A stretch of 64,000 nucleotides of DNA from NCBI GenBank assembly GCA_964252075.1, contig CAXULY010000018.1, positions 1 through 64,000 on the forward strand, written 5' to 3'. Each line of letters opens with the position of its first letter. The first letter of the stretch is position 1. Of the stretch, positions 1 to 8,653 are shown piece by piece. The notes below the pieces were generated by a model that saw nothing but the letters and a program-made list of their open reading frames with translations, was not told where the DNA came from and searched no databases. The translations under genes and the position numbers were made by a program. The stretch comes from an uncultured Deinococcaceae bacterium. Lineage in GTDB: Bacteria; Deinococcota; Deinococci; Deinococcales; Deinococcaceae.

Positions 1-144
1 GACTTCATCGAGAACATGATGGGCGGCGGCTTCACCGTCAACAACCCGAACGCCACCAGTGCGTGCGGGTGCGGGCACAGCTTCCGCACGGACGGCGCGC
101 AGTCACCGGACGGCGAGGGCGCGCCCAGCTGCGGCAGCCACTAA
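1..144 (+). CDS. IscA/HesB-family Fe-S cluster assembly accessory protein, 3' end (partial)
   Basis: Frame 1 reads [28 protein letters not shown]...*, containing the A-type carrier NPN..CGCG.SF motif; not in the ORF track. Confidence 0.9.
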   Translation, partial: DFIENMMGGGFTVNNPNATSACGCGHSFRTDGAQSPDGEGAPSCGSH

Positions 145-156
145 ACACGCCACGAG

Positions 157-188
157 AAAAGGGCGGGCCAATAAGGCCCGCCCTTTTT
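157..188. terminator. Bidirectional intrinsic terminator between iscA and dcd
   Basis: AAAA-GGGCGGGCC-aataa-GGCCCGCCC-TTTTT between convergent genes. Confidence 0.85.
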
Positions 189-748
189 CACAGCTTCGGG
201 AGGGTCACGCCCTGCTGCCCCTGGTACTTCCCACCGCGGTCCCGGTACGTGACCTCCGGGCGGTCCCCCTCGAAGAACAGCAGCTGCACGCAGCCCTCGA
301 AGGCGTACATCTTCGCGGGGAGTGGCGTGGTGTTTGAGAACTCCAGCGTCACGTGCCCCTCCCAGCCGGGCTCCAGCGGCGTGACGTTCGCGACGATGCC
401 GCAGCGCGCGTAGGTGCTCTTCCCGAGCGCCACCACCATCACGTTGTCGGGAATGCGCATGTACTCCAGGCTGCGCGCCAGCGCGAAGCTGTTCGGCGGG
501 ATGATGATCTCGTTCGCCTGGATGTCCACGAAGCTGCGCTCGTCGAAGGCCTTGGGGTCCACGATGGCGCTCATCACGTTGGTGAACACCTTCCACTCGT
601 CCGCGCAGCGCAGGTCGTACCCGAAGCTCGACAAGCCGTAACTGATGACGCTGGCGTTCTTCGCCGTACGCACCAGCCGCTCCTCGAAAGGCTCGATCAT
701 GCCGGCGCGCGCCAGCTCACGGATGCGCCAGTCCGGAAGGATGCTCAT
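188..748 (-). CDS. dcd: dCTP deaminase
   Basis: MSILPD start; [20 protein letters not shown] and TPLEPGWEG motifs; TAAGAT -10 box 7 nt upstream (leaderless). Confidence 0.95.
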   Translation of the reverse strand: MSILPDWRIRELARAGMIEPFEERLVRTAKNASVISYGLSSFGYDLRCADEWKVFTNVMSAIVDPKAFDERSFVDIQANEIIIPPNSFALARSLEYMRIPDNVMVVALGKSTYARCGIVANVTPLEPGWEGHVTLEFSNTTPLPAKMYAFEGCVQLLFFEGDRPEVTYRDRGGKYQGQQGVTLPKL

Positions 749-776
749 GGCGAGCATCTTAGCGGGAAGGGGCGGC

Positions 777-993
777 TCACACGCGCCCCAAGTCCGCCAG
801 GAGCCTGAAGAACGGCCGCAGGGACAGCAGGGGGCAGGGTGACGCCTCCCGTGCCCCCGCCCACCCAGAGCGCCGCATCAGAATGGCCGAGCGTGGCGAG
901 CAGCGCCGCGAACACCAGCAGCGCCAGCAGGGCGAGCCGGTACCTGTGCTGTAGCCGCGCACCGTCTTGGATTGGAACGCGGGGTCTGGTCAT
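777..993 (-). CDS. Small membrane protein, probably frameshifted in a homopolymer run at 830-834
   Basis: Hydrophobic [18 protein letters not shown]; removing one base from the run gives [23 protein letters not shown] ending at 777, before the dcd promoter. Confidence 0.4.
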
Positions 994-1226
994 GCATCCC
1001 CCCAGTGGTTGAGCCCTGCTCTCCTCTGCCTGGTGGTGGCAGGCGAAGGCGTCATGGCATGTGTTCGGGCCGAAGCATCTCGCCGTCCACGTTGCAGGCG
1101 ACGCTCCAGCAGAGCCATTACGGCTTCATCATGCGGCATTCCGGATTTGGTGCGCGGCCCACTTCCCGCTTCGACAAACAGAACCGGCCCCGCTCGTTCA
1201 AGCGGGACCGGCGTGCGTCTGGGGCT

Positions 1227-2225
1227 TTACTTGCGGGTGAGGTTCGCGGGCAGGCTGGCGTCGCCCTGAAGGTTCACGTCCGCCACGAAGCTGCGGTAGC
1301 CGGGCGCCACCACGACCACCTGGTAGCTGCCGCGGTCCACGTTCAGGTTCAGGCCGCCATTCTTGATGTTGCCCACCTGACGCCCGTCAAGGAACACGCT
1401 GGCGCCCTCGACGTTGCTGCTGAGGCGCAGCGTGGCGCGCGTCTGCGCGAGCGTGACGTTCACGCTGGCGGTGCCGCCCGCGCGCAGGGGGATGTTCGCG
1501 GTGTACGGCGCGTAGCCGGGCGCCGTGACGCGCAGGCGGTAGTTGCCCGCCGCGATGTTCGTGAAGCTCGTGTTTGCGCTCCCCAGCAGGCGGTCGTTCA
1601 GGTACACGCTGGCGTCCGGCGCGTCCGTCGCGACGAACAGGGTCGCGGTCCTCACGGGGTTGCGGGGCTCCACGCTGTACAGGGCGGTGTCACTCACCCA
1701 GCTGTTCTGCGGGAGGGGGTTCACGACGATGCTGAGCGCCTGCGCGAGCTGCTGCTGGCCCTGCACGCGCGCCGTGCCGAAGCTCTGCCCGTTCTGGAAG
1801 GACGTGATCTGGTCGAGGTTCAGGGGCGTCTTGCTGGCGACCGCCAGCACCTTGCTGAGGCCGTAGGGTTCCGCGATGTCAAAGGTGAACTGGTCGCCGG
1901 CTGCGGGGAACTGCTTGGTGGTGTTCGCGCGCAGGAAGTTGTCGCCGCTGGAGTAGCGGTTCGGGAGGATCTGCGTGATGGTGCCGCGCGCGTCCACGTC
2001 GAACAGGTACACGTAGGCGTCCTGGTTCACGGTCGTGAAGAGCGTGATCTGCTCGCCGGGGCGGTACACGGGCGTGGCGTTGCCGTTTGGGTCCTTGTTC
2101 ACCCACACGCGCACCTGCACGTCGCTCTGCACGGGGTTTACGATGATGCTCTGCGGGCTGATCTTCGGCGCGGCGAGGGCGGTGCCCAGCAGGGCGAGCG
2201 TGACGGCGGTCAGTGTGTTTTTCAT
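1227..2225 (-). CDS. Secreted DUF4384 + PEGA-domain (S-layer-like) protein
   Basis: Signal peptide; DAYVYLF..D..G...QILPN DUF4384-like core; two PEGA-like repeats (ASVYLND/ASVFLDG...APGY). Confidence 0.8.
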   Translation of the reverse strand: MKNTLTAVTLALLGTALAAPKISPQSIIVNPVQSDVQVRVWVNKDPNGNATPVYRPGEQITLFTTVNQDAYVYLFDVDARGTITQILPNRYSSGDNFLRANTTKQFPAAGDQFTFDIAEPYGLSKVLAVASKTPLNLDQITSFQNGQSFGTARVQGQQQLAQALSIVVNPLPQNSWVSDTALYSVEPRNPVRTATLFVATDAPDASVYLNDRLLGSANTSFTNIAAGNYRLRVTAPGYAPYTANIPLRAGGTASVNVTLAQTRATLRLSSNVEGASVFLDGRQVGNIKNGGLNLNVDRGSYQVVVVAPGYRSFVADVNLQGDASLPANLTRK

Positions 2226-2365
2226 GGTGTGTCCTCCGAGGGGAAAGTTCGGGCCTGTTCGTCCGAGGCGTGGGAAATCGGGAGCAGCCTAAAGTGTGGG
2301 GGGCGGAGCTGAGTGAGGACGCCTGATGGGGCCGTTGAGCGTTGCGTCAGGCGTCCATCAGCGCG

Positions 2366-2926
2366 TCAGTACCCCACGGTGTACTGCACCGTAAACGTCA
2401 CCCAGTTGTCCTGCTCGATGGGTTTCACGACGATGCTGAGCGCCTGCGCGAGTCGCTGCTGGCCCTGCACGTTCACCTGCGCCAGCGGGTTGCCCGATGC
2501 GAAGCCGCTGAGCTGCGAGAGGTTCAGGGCGGTCACGCTGGCGAGCGCCAGCACCTTGTTCACGCCGTACGGGGCGGAGATGTCGAAGGTGAAGTTGTCA
2601 TTCGGGCCGGGGAACACCTTCACGGCGCCCGCCTTCAGGAAGTTGCTGCCGCCCAGGCGGTTCGGGAGGATCTGATCGATGTGGCCGCTCGGGTCCACGT
2701 TGAAGAGGTACACGTAGGCGTCCTGGCTGACGGTCGTGTAGATGCGGATCTTGTCCCCCACGCGGTACACGGGCGTGCCGTGGCCGCTGGTGTCGCGGTC
2801 CACCCAGGTCTTGACGGACAGTGAGGACACGACGGGGTTCACGATGATGCTCTGTGGGCTGATTTTGGGCGCCGCCAGCGAGCCGCCGATCAGCACGGCG
2901 GTCATGAGGGCGGTGAATCTTCGCAT
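2366..2926 (-). CDS. Secreted DUF4384-domain protein, paralog of the N-terminal domain of 1227-2225
   Basis: Signal peptide; shares [29 protein letters not shown] and LAQALSIVV with the neighbouring gene. Confidence 0.8.
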   Translation of the reverse strand: MRRFTALMTAVLIGGSLAAPKISPQSIIVNPVVSSLSVKTWVDRDTSGHGTPVYRVGDKIRIYTTVSQDAYVYLFNVDPSGHIDQILPNRLGGSNFLKAGAVKVFPGPNDNFTFDISAPYGVNKVLALASVTALNLSQLSGFASGNPLAQVNVQGQQRLAQALSIVVKPIEQDNWVTFTVQYTVGY

Positions 2927-3093
2927 GGGTGAGGCCTCCTCCTTCCACTATGCCGATGGGCGGCTGACGTGCGGTGAACCGGGCCTGACGAGACATGAGA
3001 GCGCTCCAAAAACTCTCACGTTCAGGTTCATGTTTCTGCCCTTGTGACGCCGGAACAGTCGAGCGGCCCCCGCCTGCTATACTGCTTGAGCCT

Positions 3094-3451
3094 GGGGGCG
3101 ACCCGGTTTCGACGGGGGTTTCTGCAGGTGATGTTGCGTGCCGAGGTGCCGTTGGCCTCGTAAATAAACGGCAAACCTTTTAACTGGCAAGAACGTTCAG
3201 TTCCCCAGCTACGCGCTCGCTGCTTAAGTGAGTCCAGTCCCAGGTAGCCCGGCCTTTGGCGCCCTGACGACTGCATAGAAGAAGGCTAGCCCGGGTGAGA
3301 CTTCATAGCCCGACGCGAAAAGAAATGAGGTTAAGGCGTGGGTGCCTGCCAGTGAGCCAACCCACGCACGAAAATCTAAGCGCTGGCTACGCACGTAGAG
3401 ACACGCTGAACGGGCCTTCGGACGAGAGTTCGACTCTCTCCGCCTCCACCA
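3094..3451 (+). ncRNA. ssrA: tmRNA; tag peptide (A)GKNVQFPSYALAA at 3186-3227
   Basis: 5' GGGGGCG pairs with 3' CGCCTCC-ACCA with a G3.U70 wobble; GGTTTCGACGGG and GTTCGA T-arm; tag ORF ends YALAA*; TATACT -10 box upstream. Confidence 0.95.
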
Positions 3452-3455
3452 CCCG

Positions 3456-3486
3456 CCACCCCGCCCACCAGCGGGGTGGTTTTTTG
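3456..3486 (+). terminator. Intrinsic terminator after ssrA
   Basis: CCACCCCGC-ccacca-GCGGGGTGG followed by a T-run. Confidence 0.85.
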
Positions 3487-3821
3487 GATGTGCCTCGCGC
3501 TAAAGCGCGGACTGAACGAGACATGCCTCCTGCCACGATGTCGCCCGCACAGGTCTGGGCGGTGATGACTGGACCGAACACGTTGGACGGCGCACGACTC
3601 CAGAGAGAAAGAGTCATGTTTGTGAACCAGGATGCGGGAAAAACGCCCCATCAAAACGGGATTTACAGCGGCCAACTCAACACGGGAAGACCGCCAGCCA
3701 CACTGGGGATTCACGCCAGCGGCTCTGTGAGCAAGTTCAGACGTCGGGAAGGCCCCTCAGCGTGCTCAGCGCTGGATGCCAGTGCACGCCACCATCAAAC
3801 GGCCAGTGAGCTAAACTCCGT

Positions 3822-3870
3822 GTGCGGGCCGGGATGGCGAAATCGGTAGACGCAAGCGACTTAAAATCGC
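3822..3870 (+). repeat. attL: 49-bp direct repeat carrying the 5' half of tRNA-Leu through the anticodon arm
   Basis: Identical to 10162-10210 (GTGCGGGCCGGGATGGCGAAATCGGTAGACGCAAGCGACTTAAAATCGC). Confidence 0.95.
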
Positions 3871-4020
3871 GGCGTGCGCTGCGAACTCCGAAATTTCCTG
3901 TGTGGGACGAGAAAACTTAACCGTCTGAACTCCACGCGACTAGTGTAGCCGCTAGAGACTGGTTTTCCTAGCAGCAACACTTCTCGATTGTGTGGGGCAG
4001 TGTATCCGTATCCTAATGGC

Positions 4021-4833
4021 ATGCCAGATTCGTTCTTCGATAACCCTTCGCCATTTTTGGACAGTGCCTTTACCATACTTTTCTCTGAAGGCAAATTTGC
4101 TGCGGCTAGCATGCTTGCAGAAGGCGAAGCGAATATTGTCATCGCCTCAACTACTCAACGTAGCGCTTATGATTCCAGCAACTGGCACTACGAAATTGAC
4201 GTGAGGCACACACGACTTGATATTGGTATAGACGCGGCAGTGTATGTCCAAATTCTGGATACAATTCCGAGAATAGAAGCGGAAATCTACGAAGCTGTAG
4301 GAAGAACGCTACGAGGCTACAACTTCGATACCGATACTGACCAATATAAGTTCGAGTCTTGCGTTATCAAAATAAAGCATAACACGGATTCAGAATGGAG
4401 AGATAAAGCCAAAGCATCTTTGCGCGGAGAGGGAATTTCAAATCAGGGACGGGTCAGATCAGAGAACATAGCCCCGATTGTACATCAAGGCCTATTGTTC
4501 CGTTCGCGTTCAGAAACAAGGCTTTTTGACGCACTCAAAAAGGCAGGCATTATTTTTGCGCCACTTCCAGTATTTGTAAAGAATTCTTTGGGCAGAAGAG
4601 TTGAACCTGACTTCCTGATACTACATAAGGGGATTGTCCTTGTTGTCGAAGTGGATGGGGTCAAGTACCACAAGGAAACCCCAGCGGAAGCGCACGAACG
4701 CCTTTTAGAATTGAATATGGCAGGCGTGGAAACCTACAGAATTACAGATTCAGACTGCGCAGATGCCGGGAGGGCGGATTCAGCAGTAAGTAGAATCATC
4801 GCATTCGCGGAACAAAAGAAAGGCCTGCGGTAG
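4021..4833 (+). CDS. AT-rich cargo protein with a C-terminal DUF559/Vsr-like PD-(D/E)XK nuclease domain
   Basis: FRSRSE...EPDFLI...VVEVDGVKYH motif; TATCCT -10 box 6 nt before ATG 4021. Confidence 0.7.
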   Translation: MPDSFFDNPSPFLDSAFTILFSEGKFAAASMLAEGEANIVIASTTQRSAYDSSNWHYEIDVRHTRLDIGIDAAVYVQILDTIPRIEAEIYEAVGRTLRGYNFDTDTDQYKFESCVIKIKHNTDSEWRDKAKASLRGEGISNQGRVRSENIAPIVHQGLLFRSRSETRLFDALKKAGIIFAPLPVFVKNSLGRRVEPDFLILHKGIVLVVEVDGVKYHKETPAEAHERLLELNMAGVETYRITDSDCADAGRADSAVSRIIAFAEQKKGLR

Positions 4834-5089
4834 TTCACAACAACAGTTGCTTGCGACAGCAAAGCGTAAAACCGACAACAGGCTATGCGCTAAGAAAGCA
4901 CCCGACTTGTACCGCTTTCCATTTGGTGCCATGCTGTGGCTTTATGCCCAGCGGCTTCTGGCCGTTCTGCAACGGTGTGCAGCAATGACCCTTGTGTTTG
5001 CAAACTGCCTGCACCTGTCGTTGCACTTATTTTGTTAAGCCGGCTGAAGACTCAAGGTGAATCACTGATATGTTTCGATCATTGCACTT

Positions 5090-5557
5090 CTAGACCAGCT
5101 TCCATTCCTTACGAAGCCGTGCGACCTCATGCTTAATTTCTTCTATCGCATGCTGCTGCTTAGACCAGCCAAACCTTGTGTCAAAATTGAACCTTCCCGG
5201 TGGGCCAAGATAGACAGGGATAGCAGGTCCAACCCTCACTGATGCAGGTAAAATTCTGTCGTCTCCGCCCTCCGGCGAAAAGCGTATGAATTCGTCTTTA
5301 TAGGCGGCGCTATCAATTTCTTCCGCTATGTTCATCTCAAAGTACTGCTTTATTGTCATGTAATCTACTGAACTTACGAAAACACGTAAATTGAAACCTT
5401 GGCTGGATAACGACGTTTCCACCCGTTCAAGTAATTTACTCCTTGCTTCCTTTCTCTCCTTCTGGTTATTCAATGTCCAACTCAACAAAGGGCTTATTAA
5501 ACCCGTTACTGTCCCACCTCCAACTGCCGCAACCGCCACTTCAAGCCACGTAGCCAT
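5090..5557 (-). CDS. Hypothetical cargo protein with an N-terminal hydrophobic/TM segment
   Basis: 155-aa AT-rich ORF starting 3 nt after the serine recombinase stop; WLEVAVAAVGGGTVTGLISPLLSW. Confidence 0.6.
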   Translation of the reverse strand: MATWLEVAVAAVGGGTVTGLISPLLSWTLNNQKERKEARSKLLERVETSLSSQGFNLRVFVSSVDYMTIKQYFEMNIAEEIDSAAYKDEFIRFSPEGGDDRILPASVRVGPAIPVYLGPPGRFNFDTRFGWSKQQHAIEEIKHEVARLRKEWKLV

Positions 5558-5560
5558 ATA

Positions 5561-6253
5561 TTAGTTGTTTACCACACCCGACTTTATAAGCCGCGCGACT
5601 TGGACTGGCCGCCAGACACCACCTAAACGCGGGGTATGCCCTGCGGCGGTTAAGCGCACGCCAATTGCACGAAGAGACAGCCCCTGGCCGTGTAAAGCGC
5701 AAGCTAAGGCCTGGGCCTGTAGGTGCACTCGTTTTGCTGCTTGGGCGTTCGCCTGTGCCCCTTTCACCTGGGCGGCGTGCGTCAGGTTTTCCGGTTTGCC
5801 CAGCACCTTGCCACGGGCTTTCGCAGCAGCGAGGGCCTCACGGGTGCGCGTGGCAATCAGTGCCGCTTCCTTCTCTGCCACAGCGGCGAGAATATGGACC
5901 GTCAAGTTGTCCACGTCCGGCATGTCCACCGCCACGAAGCGCACGCGCGACTCTAGCAGCCCGCTGACAAAATGCACGTTGCGGGCGAGGCGGTCCAGCT
6001 TGGCGATGAGAAGCACTGCCCCTTCCCTCTGCGCCTGGGCGATGGCCTCCGCCAGCACAGGGCGGTGTCGCTTCCTTGTGCCCGTCTCGACCTCCGTAAA
6101 GCTAGCGACCACGCGCAGCCCGTGGGCATGCACGAACGCTGCGACACTGGCCTCTTGGGCTTCAAGCCCTAAACCCGATGCCGCCTGCTGTTGACGGCTG
6201 ACACGGTAGTAGGCCACGGCGGGCGCATCAGGGCGTAAGGCATGCTTGGTCAT
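5561..6253 (-). CDS. Serine recombinase (resolvase family)
   Basis: AYYRVS catalytic Ser motif; SGLGLEAQ, IAKLDRLARN and RTREALAAAKARG. Confidence 0.92.
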   Translation of the reverse strand: MTKHALRPDAPAVAYYRVSRQQQAASGLGLEAQEASVAAFVHAHGLRVVASFTEVETGTRKRHRPVLAEAIAQAQREGAVLLIAKLDRLARNVHFVSGLLESRVRFVAVDMPDVDNLTVHILAAVAEKEAALIATRTREALAAAKARGKVLGKPENLTHAAQVKGAQANAQAAKRVHLQAQALACALHGQGLSLRAIGVRLTAAGHTPRLGGVWRPVQVARLIKSGVVNN

Positions 6254-6261
6254 GCCCTACT

Positions 6262-6297
6262 GTTACACCTCTTCAACGTTCGTTCAAGGGATGTAAC
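6262..6297. promoter_or_regulatory. Imperfect palindrome upstream of the serine recombinase (putative res/crossover site)
   Basis: GTTACAcctcTTcAACG-tt-CGTTcAAgggaTGTAAC. Confidence 0.55.
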
Positions 6298-6361
6298 GAA
6301 ATGCATAAGGCCATGAATGAATAGGCGCCCCACTCTAGGCTGGGCGTGGGTACAGGGGCGC

Positions 6362-6553
6362 TTATGCCTTCATGGGTGCGACAACCAGGTCAAGGTCACA
6401 CAGTGTCAGACTACCCATGCGGAGGCCGATCACGAGGCCAGCCAGATGTTCTGAACAGAGTTGTTCCAACTCCAGCATCACCTTGAGGACCAGCGCCTCT
6501 TTGGCGGCTTCACGCTGTGCAGAGTCGGTGGGCAATTCAACTATCAGTTCCAT
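6362..6553 (-). CDS. Small hypothetical protein (63 aa)
   Basis: ORF with a GGGGGA RBS; TAA stop. Confidence 0.45.
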   Translation of the reverse strand: MELIVELPTDSAQREAAKEALVLKVMLELEQLCSEHLAGLVIGLRMGSLTLCDLDLVVAPMKA

Positions 6554-6871
6554 GTCATCCCCCTGACCCCGACGTTACGACAACACAAAGCGCTTGCATA
6601 TTGTCAGCAACCAGTCACGAAAGCCGCGCCCATTCCTGGTTACGGCAGGCTTTCGCCCCATAGGCCGACACCCCTACCCCCAAAATCCACACGCACCCAT
6701 AAGGAATAAGAGGGTGCGCGCAATTTTTGTATTTTTTCCACGCGGAAATGCGGTTACGCTTCGTGCAGCCGCCCAAAACAGAGGAAGTTCCTTCTTAGTA
6801 ACAGTGTACTTCCGGCGTGGTCTTTCACCATTTGTGCCGTCCTATGGACGAATCAGTCCCTTATTGGCTGG

Positions 6872-6893
6872 AGAAAAGGACGCCTCTGTCCTT
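6872..6893 (-). terminator. Putative terminator immediately after the TGA at 6893-6895
   Basis: Minus strand AAGGAC-agaggc-GTCCTT-TTCTC. Confidence 0.5.
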
Positions 6894-7681
6894 CACAACT
6901 TCAGGGACACCACGCGCGCCGTGGGAATCATCGGCCACCGCGCCACGGGCACGAGGACGCCCCAGGTCTAACGGGAGTCGCCTCTCTTGGGCTTCAATGC
7001 CAACTGCCCAGTGTGGGCCTCTAACCAGTCACGGAGGGCCTACGCCTCGGCCACGTAGAATAACCCCTCAGCGGGCGAGAACAGCACGTAGAGGTCAGCC
7101 TCCGTCTTGAATACACCGGACGGCACCGCCCCCGGCTGCCCCCACTTCCCATGTTCGCTGGCTTCGATAAACAAATTCCTCGTGCTGGCTGTCCAAAAAT
7201 CGGTCTTGACCTCCTCCCTATGGGTGCTGCTGCCACGCCTCAGCACGAGATCATGGCGCGGTTCATACCCCTCTGTCGGCCCCTTCTCCATCTCAAAGTT
7301 AAGCGCTTGCATGTGGTGAAGCCGTGCCCACTCGCCCACTTTGCCAAAACTGTTAGAGATGCGGAAGTTGTTGGGGCTGCCCAAATGTTGGTTGTCGTTT
7401 GCCCACGCCAGGGCTAGAGGGAAGGTGGCGGGGTTGGGTAGACGCTTTTCCATCAGGCTGAGTCCCTCCCAGAATTCCGCCTCCGGCGTGGGCATGATGC
7501 CCAGGTCGCGGGCCAGCCCCTTCCGCTACCCGACCCAGCGGAGGTTATGGACGTGTGGCCCCGCCAGTCTGTCCACCCACTCACACGCCTCTACACGGGT
7601 CATGTACCCGATTGCAACGGCGCAACGGGCCAGTTGCCGCACCTGCTGCGGCGTCATGGCAGCCGCACTGGTAGGCGTCAT
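6893..7681 (-). pseudogene. PD-(D/E)XK-type nuclease-like ORF (262 codons) with three in-frame TAG codons at 7526-28, 7040-42 and 6968-70; pseudogene or readthrough gene
   Basis: HDLVL...EEVKTD...TRNLFIE core; the frame continues through the TAGs as YVAEA*ALRDWLEAH...DSR*TWGVLVP to a TGA and hairpin; its ATG overlaps the upstream TGA (ATGA). Confidence 0.65.
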
Positions 7682-7875
7682 CGGGCACCCCACGCAAGGG
7701 CACGCTGACGGCGGTGCATGGCGCGCACGAACACCTCAGCGCCCAACAGGGCCAATGTGGTGTTCCCCTCCCCTGCTGCCCTATAAGCGGTCGTCAGGGC
7801 GTCCAGCGCGTACTACAGGGTCTCGGTAGGTACATGGGTGGCGATGGCGTGGAAGTATGCTGAGTTCGGATTCAT
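7678..7875 (-). pseudogene. 65-codon helical protein with an in-frame TAG at codon 21 (7813-7815)
   Basis: GGGAG RBS; MNPNSAYFHAIATHVPTETL*YALDALTTAYRAAG...AWGAR-TGA overlapping the next ATG. Confidence 0.6.
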
Positions 7876-7916
7876 CTGTGTCTCCCTGCCCCCGCGTGCT
7901 GGCGGGGGTCTTGCAT

Positions 7917-8417
7917 TTACCGGGCAAGTTGCCCGGCCCGGCGGATGAGATCGGCGGCGAACACTGCCGCTGCGGTGTACTGGTGGGCCGCGAACGCCCG
8001 CCACAGGTTGTCAGCCCCCACGCGGAAGGACTCCACAGGGGTGCGGGGCCTGCCGTCCGGGGCGGTTCTCGGGTCGGCCAGCAGCGCCTCTCCCGCCCCG
8101 CCCGTGAAGGTCGCCTGCGCTTCCTGTAGCTGGCGGCGAACGCCCTCCAGCCCCTTTCGCGCCGACATGGCGCGGCCTCCCAGCGCTTCAGCGGTGACGG
8201 TGCCCAGAAAGTCACGCAGGCGGGCCGTGGCTTCGGTGTGCTGTTCGTCGGGCGTCAGGGCCGCCAGTCGGGCACGCGATACCCGCCCGCTGCCCTTGAA
8301 GGGACTGCGGCCCGCGTGCGCCAGTGGGTCATGGGTGCTGCCGTGTCGGCTGTTGTGCTGCCGGGTCGCCCGGTGCAGCGCCTCTCTGATGAGTTCATCG
8401 CGGGTCAGGTCACTCAC
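7917..8417 (-). CDS. Hypothetical protein of the element (possible internal start MSARKG preceded by a GGAGG RBS)
   Basis: 166-aa ORF; GTG start overlaps the end of the RHH gene; C-terminus paralogous to 8654-9058. Confidence 0.6.
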   Translation of the reverse strand: MSDLTRDELIREALHRATRQHNSRHGSTHDPLAHAGRSPFKGSGRVSRARLAALTPDEQHTEATARLRDFLGTVTAEALGGRAMSARKGLEGVRRQLQEAQATFTGGAGEALLADPRTAPDGRPRTPVESFRVGADNLWRAFAAHQYTAAAVFAADLIRRAGQLAR

Positions 8418-8610
8418 GCTGTCTGCCTACGTGCTGGGCGTGCAGCGCCCGAATGGCGCGGCGGATAATCTGCGTGGCGTTCTCGTCCTCCAGCGCGGCT
8501 TTGAGGTCGTCAAGGCGCTGTTGGTCAGCTTCTCTCAGGTTGAGGGCGAGGCGGTAACGGTAAGGCCAGCGGGGCGCATTAGCGCCGGATTCATTGAGGT
8601 GAACCTACAT
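8410..8610 (-). pseudogene. Ribbon-helix-helix (CopG/Arc-like) regulator with TAG at codon 2
   Basis: ATG-TAG-VHLNE...RYRLALNL-READQQRLDDLKAAL-EDENATQIIRRAIRAL; TATTAT -10 box at 8617-8622, 6 nt before the ATG (leaderless). Confidence 0.7.
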
Positions 8611-8653
8611 GACCCCATAATACGACCATGCAAAATCCTGCCCAGAGGCGACG

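Noticed and set aside
3094..3451. tmRNA as the integration site of the island
   Set aside because: I found no duplicate of the ssrA 3' end in the window; the direct repeats match tRNA-Leu instead.
3828..3900. Second tRNA or amber suppressor at attL
   Set aside because: Only the 5' half is present (no T-arm or acceptor 3' strand), and the anticodon is TAA, not CTA.
6893..8610. In-frame TAGs as a systematic base-calling artefact at a methylation motif
   Set aside because: The five sites share no motif beyond the codon itself, and I saw no comparable nonsense codons in the host genes; reads should still be checked.
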